A stretch of DNA of 33,827 nucleotides, from assembly GCA_964530415.1 (NCBI GenBank), contig CAZHAM010000001.1, positions 1 through 33,827 of the forward strand, written 5' to 3'. Shown in pieces: positions 31,706 to 33,827 of the stretch. Both the position numbers and the translations under genes were made by a program. This DNA comes from an uncultured Candidatus Saccharibacteria bacterium. Lineage in GTDB: Bacteria > Patescibacteriota > WWE3 > UBA101185 > UBA10185. Each line of letters begins with the position of its first letter. Positions within the stretch are counted from its first letter, which is position 1. A model generated the notes under the pieces. That model worked only from the letters and a program-made list of their open reading frames with translations, did not search any database and had not been told where the DNA came from.

Positions 31706-33827
31706 TTAATTTGGGTAGTGGCAATGTTTGTATTTCTTCCCGCTTCCGCACCAACATGGGTCGTTTCTGCCTGGTTTACTTGGTCCTGAACTTACTTTTT
31801 CTACTTTTAAATTACGCCCCAAATTATCCTGTAGCCTTGAGGCGGCCCCAGCGGCTAGTTGCGCTTCCTCGGCTACGCCTGTTTCGAGTTCAGAGTGTTG
31901 ATAAGTGGCTTTTTTAACAAGTTTTGCGTAAGGATCGTCATTTAGTTTCTTTGGTTTTGCAACTGCTTCAATCTTTGACAATCTTTCACCAAGTTCTGCG
32001 TAAATGCGTGTCACCAAAACTTCGAATCTTTCGTGGCCTTCCCTTTTGTATTCTACTGTTGGATCACGTTGCGCGTACCCCCTAAGCGAAATTCCCATTC
32101 TAAGTTGCTCCATATCTACCAAATGCTCCATCCACAATAAATCGACAACAGGTAAACCAAATTCGGCTACGATTTCTCCCCATGCAGGACCAAAATCTTT
32201 TTTTCGTTTTTCCCAATCTTCTGCTTTTAAATCTGACTGGGCGGCAATCTTATCTTTTAACCATTCTTCGTATTCATTGTTTCCTTCGCGCAACTCAAGT
32301 ATTCTTCGACGAAGTTTGTATACAACTTCTCTGTGCACATTCATAACGTTGTCCTGTTCTACAACTCTTTTTCGGTGGTCAAAATTAAACCCTTCAACTT
32401 TTTTTTGCGCGTTTTCAATGGACTTTGAAACGATCCCTGCTTCGACCGGCATACTGTCATCTATACCAAACCTGTCCATTAATCTCTGAACGGACTCGCC
32501 TCCAAAAATTCTCATTAAATCGTCTTGAAACGAAACGTAAAATCTCGAAGATCCCGGCTCGCCCTGTCTTCCGGATCTTCCCCTTAGTTGATTATCAATT
32601 CTTCGCGACTCGTGTCGTTCTGTACCTATTACGTGTAAACCTCCTAAACTCAATACCTCGGCATTTTCTTCCTGATTAAACGGGTCTCCGCCGAGTTTAA
32701 TGTCTACTCCCCTACCTGCCATGTTAGTTGATATTGTCACCGCACCTTTTTTGCCTGCCTGGGCAATAATCAAAGCTTCTCTTTCATGGTTTTTAGCGTT
32801 TAATATTTCGTGCTGCACACCTTTGCGTTTTAAAAAGTTGTGAAGAATTTCACTTTTTTCGACTGTTGTTGTACCAACTAAAACCGGCTGACCTTTTAGA
32901 TGCCTTGCCGCAATCTCATCAGCCACTGCTTTAAATTTTCCACTTTCGGTTTTGTATACAACATCGTTGGAATCAGTTCGGTTTACGCTTTTATTTGTAG
33001 GGATAACAACAACGTCTAAGTTATAAATCTTATAAAACTCCTCGGCTTCTGTTAAAGCTGTTCCGGTCATACCGGCTAATTTTTCGTAAAGTCTAAAGTA
33101 GTTTTGATAGGAAACTTCTGCCAATGTTTTTGACTCATCCTGAATTTGCACTTTTTCTTTCGCTTCGATTGCCTGGTGCAGTCCGTGTGAATATCTGTTG
33201 CTTGGAAGTAGTCTGCCTGTAAACTGGTCAACTATAACAACCTGTCCGTCTTTTACAACGTAATCCTTATTTTTCTCAAACAAAGCATTTGCGGTCAAAG
33301 CCTGTTCGATTAGGTGAACCATCTCAAAATCTTCTTCGTACAAATTCGAGGCACCAAGCATTCTCTCAACCCGGCGTACGCCCAAATCGGTCAAAGTCGC
33401 GTTGTGAAATTTTTCGTCCACTTCGTAGTCGGTATCTTTAATGAGCTGTTTAACAATTTGAGTTGCCTGGTGATACCTTTCCGATGCTTCCGCGGCCGGT
33501 GCGCTGATTATCAAAGGTGTTCGGGCGATGTCGATTAAAATATTGTCGACTTCGTCTACTACGCCAAACGCGTGAACACCCCACTGGCCATTGGGGTTGG
33601 TTTGAACCATTTCGGAAAGTTGTGGGGCCATGTTGTCGCGAAGGTAGTCAAAGCCGAATTCGTGGTTTGTTCCGTAGGTTACGTCGGCCTGGTAGGCTTC
33701 CTGTTTTGTGACTTCGCGGAGATGGCGGGCATATTCGTCCTGAAATTCAGTGTTTTCAAAGGCTGGGTCGTAAATAAAGGCTCGCTGTTGCATGATAATT
33801 CCGACGCGGATTCCGAGGTATTCATAA
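31706..33827 (-). CDS. secA: preprotein translocase ATPase SecA; 5' end lies beyond the window end
   Basis: TYGTNHEFGFDYLRDNM, VDEVDNILID.ARTPLIIS, TNMAGRGVDIKLGG, RIDNQLRGRSGRQG, and the C-terminal zinc motif CWCGSGKKYKHCH. The frame stays open upstream of the listed Met: hand translation of 33794..33827 gives YEYLGIRVGII, which matches SecA. Confidence 0.95.
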   Translation of the reverse strand, partial: YEYLGIRVGIIMQQRAFIYDPAFENTEFQDEYARHLREVTKQEAYQADVTYGTNHEFGFDYLRDNMAPQLSEMVQTNPNGQWGVHAFGVVDEVDNILIDIARTPLIISAPAAEASERYHQATQIVKQLIKDTDYEVDEKFHNATLTDLGVRRVERMLGASNLYEEDFEMVHLIEQALTANALFEKNKDYVVKDGQVVIVDQFTGRLLPSNRYSHGLHQAIEAKEKVQIQDESKTLAEVSYQNYFRLYEKLAGMTGTALTEAEEFYKIYNLDVVVIPTNKSVNRTDSNDVVYKTESGKFKAVADEIAARHLKGQPVLVGTTTVEKSEILHNFLKRKGVQHEILNAKNHEREALIIAQAGKKGAVTISTNMAGRGVDIKLGGDPFNQEENAEVLSLGGLHVIGTERHESRRIDNQLRGRSGRQGEPGSSRFYVSFQDDLMRIFGGESVQRLMDRFGIDDSMPVEAGIVSKSIENAQKKVEGFNFDHRKRVVEQDNVMNVHREVVYKLRRRILELREGNNEYEEWLKDKIAAQSDLKAEDWEKRKKDFGPAWGEIVAEFGLPVVDLLWMEHLVDMEQLRMGISLRGYAQRDPTVEYKREGHERFEVLVTRIYAELGERLSKIEAVAKPKKLNDDPYAKLVKKATYQHSELETGVAEEAQLAAGAASRLQDNLGRNLKVEKVSSGPSKPGRNDPCWCGSGKKYKHCHYPN

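Noticed and set aside
1-33827. Search of the whole window for CRISPR repeats, tRNA/rRNA genes, IS elements, integrases, toxin-antitoxin or defence genes, and UGA recoding (code 25).
   Set aside because: I saw no regularly spaced direct repeats, no tRNA-like T-arm motifs in the intergenic spacers, and no transposase- or integrase-like ORFs. All conserved genes read through with the standard code, and lepB ends in TGA, so there is no evidence for an alternative code.

Overview
This window is the core information-processing locus of a small, AT-leaning bacterial genome. The lines I counted by hand range from about 35% to 55% G+C.

Thirty-four genes lie head to tail on the minus strand with mostly 1-15 nt gaps. 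In transcription order they are rpoB, rpoC, rpsL, rpsG, fusA, tuf, the S10 and spc ribosomal-protein clusters (rpsJ to rplO), secY, a YbaB-like gene and adk. A five-gene envelope/glycosylation module follows directly: a CAP-domain protein, a small membrane protein, a DPM1-like GT2 fused to GtrA, an ALG5-like GT2, and Ugd.

Flanking these are a truncated GT4 glycosyltransferase, one opposite-strand orphan gene, lepB, a TMTC-like GT-C/TPR membrane glycosyltransferase, an HhH-GPD (AlkA-like) glycosylase and a 5'-truncated secA.

Several features fit a CPR/Patescibacteria-type organism, but I cannot prove that from sequence alone:
- no L30 gene between rpsE and rplO
- a zinc-type S14
- compact rpoB, rpoC and secY
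- no map, infA or alpha operon after adk

I found no rRNA, tRNA, CRISPR array, transposase, integrase or recognisable defence system.

The most interesting items are:
- the unassignable orphan gene at 669..1493, with its own promoter-like signals, a repeated operator-like motif and a strong hairpin
- a polyprenol-phosphate-sugar glycosylation pathway wired onto the ribosomal superoperon, plus a TMTC-like transferase
- an L3 with an internal deletion of about 65 aa
- a diverged universal HPHGGGEG motif in L2
- an S12 carrying substitutions at both classical streptomycin-resistance lysines
- an attenuator-like structure between rpsJ and rplC
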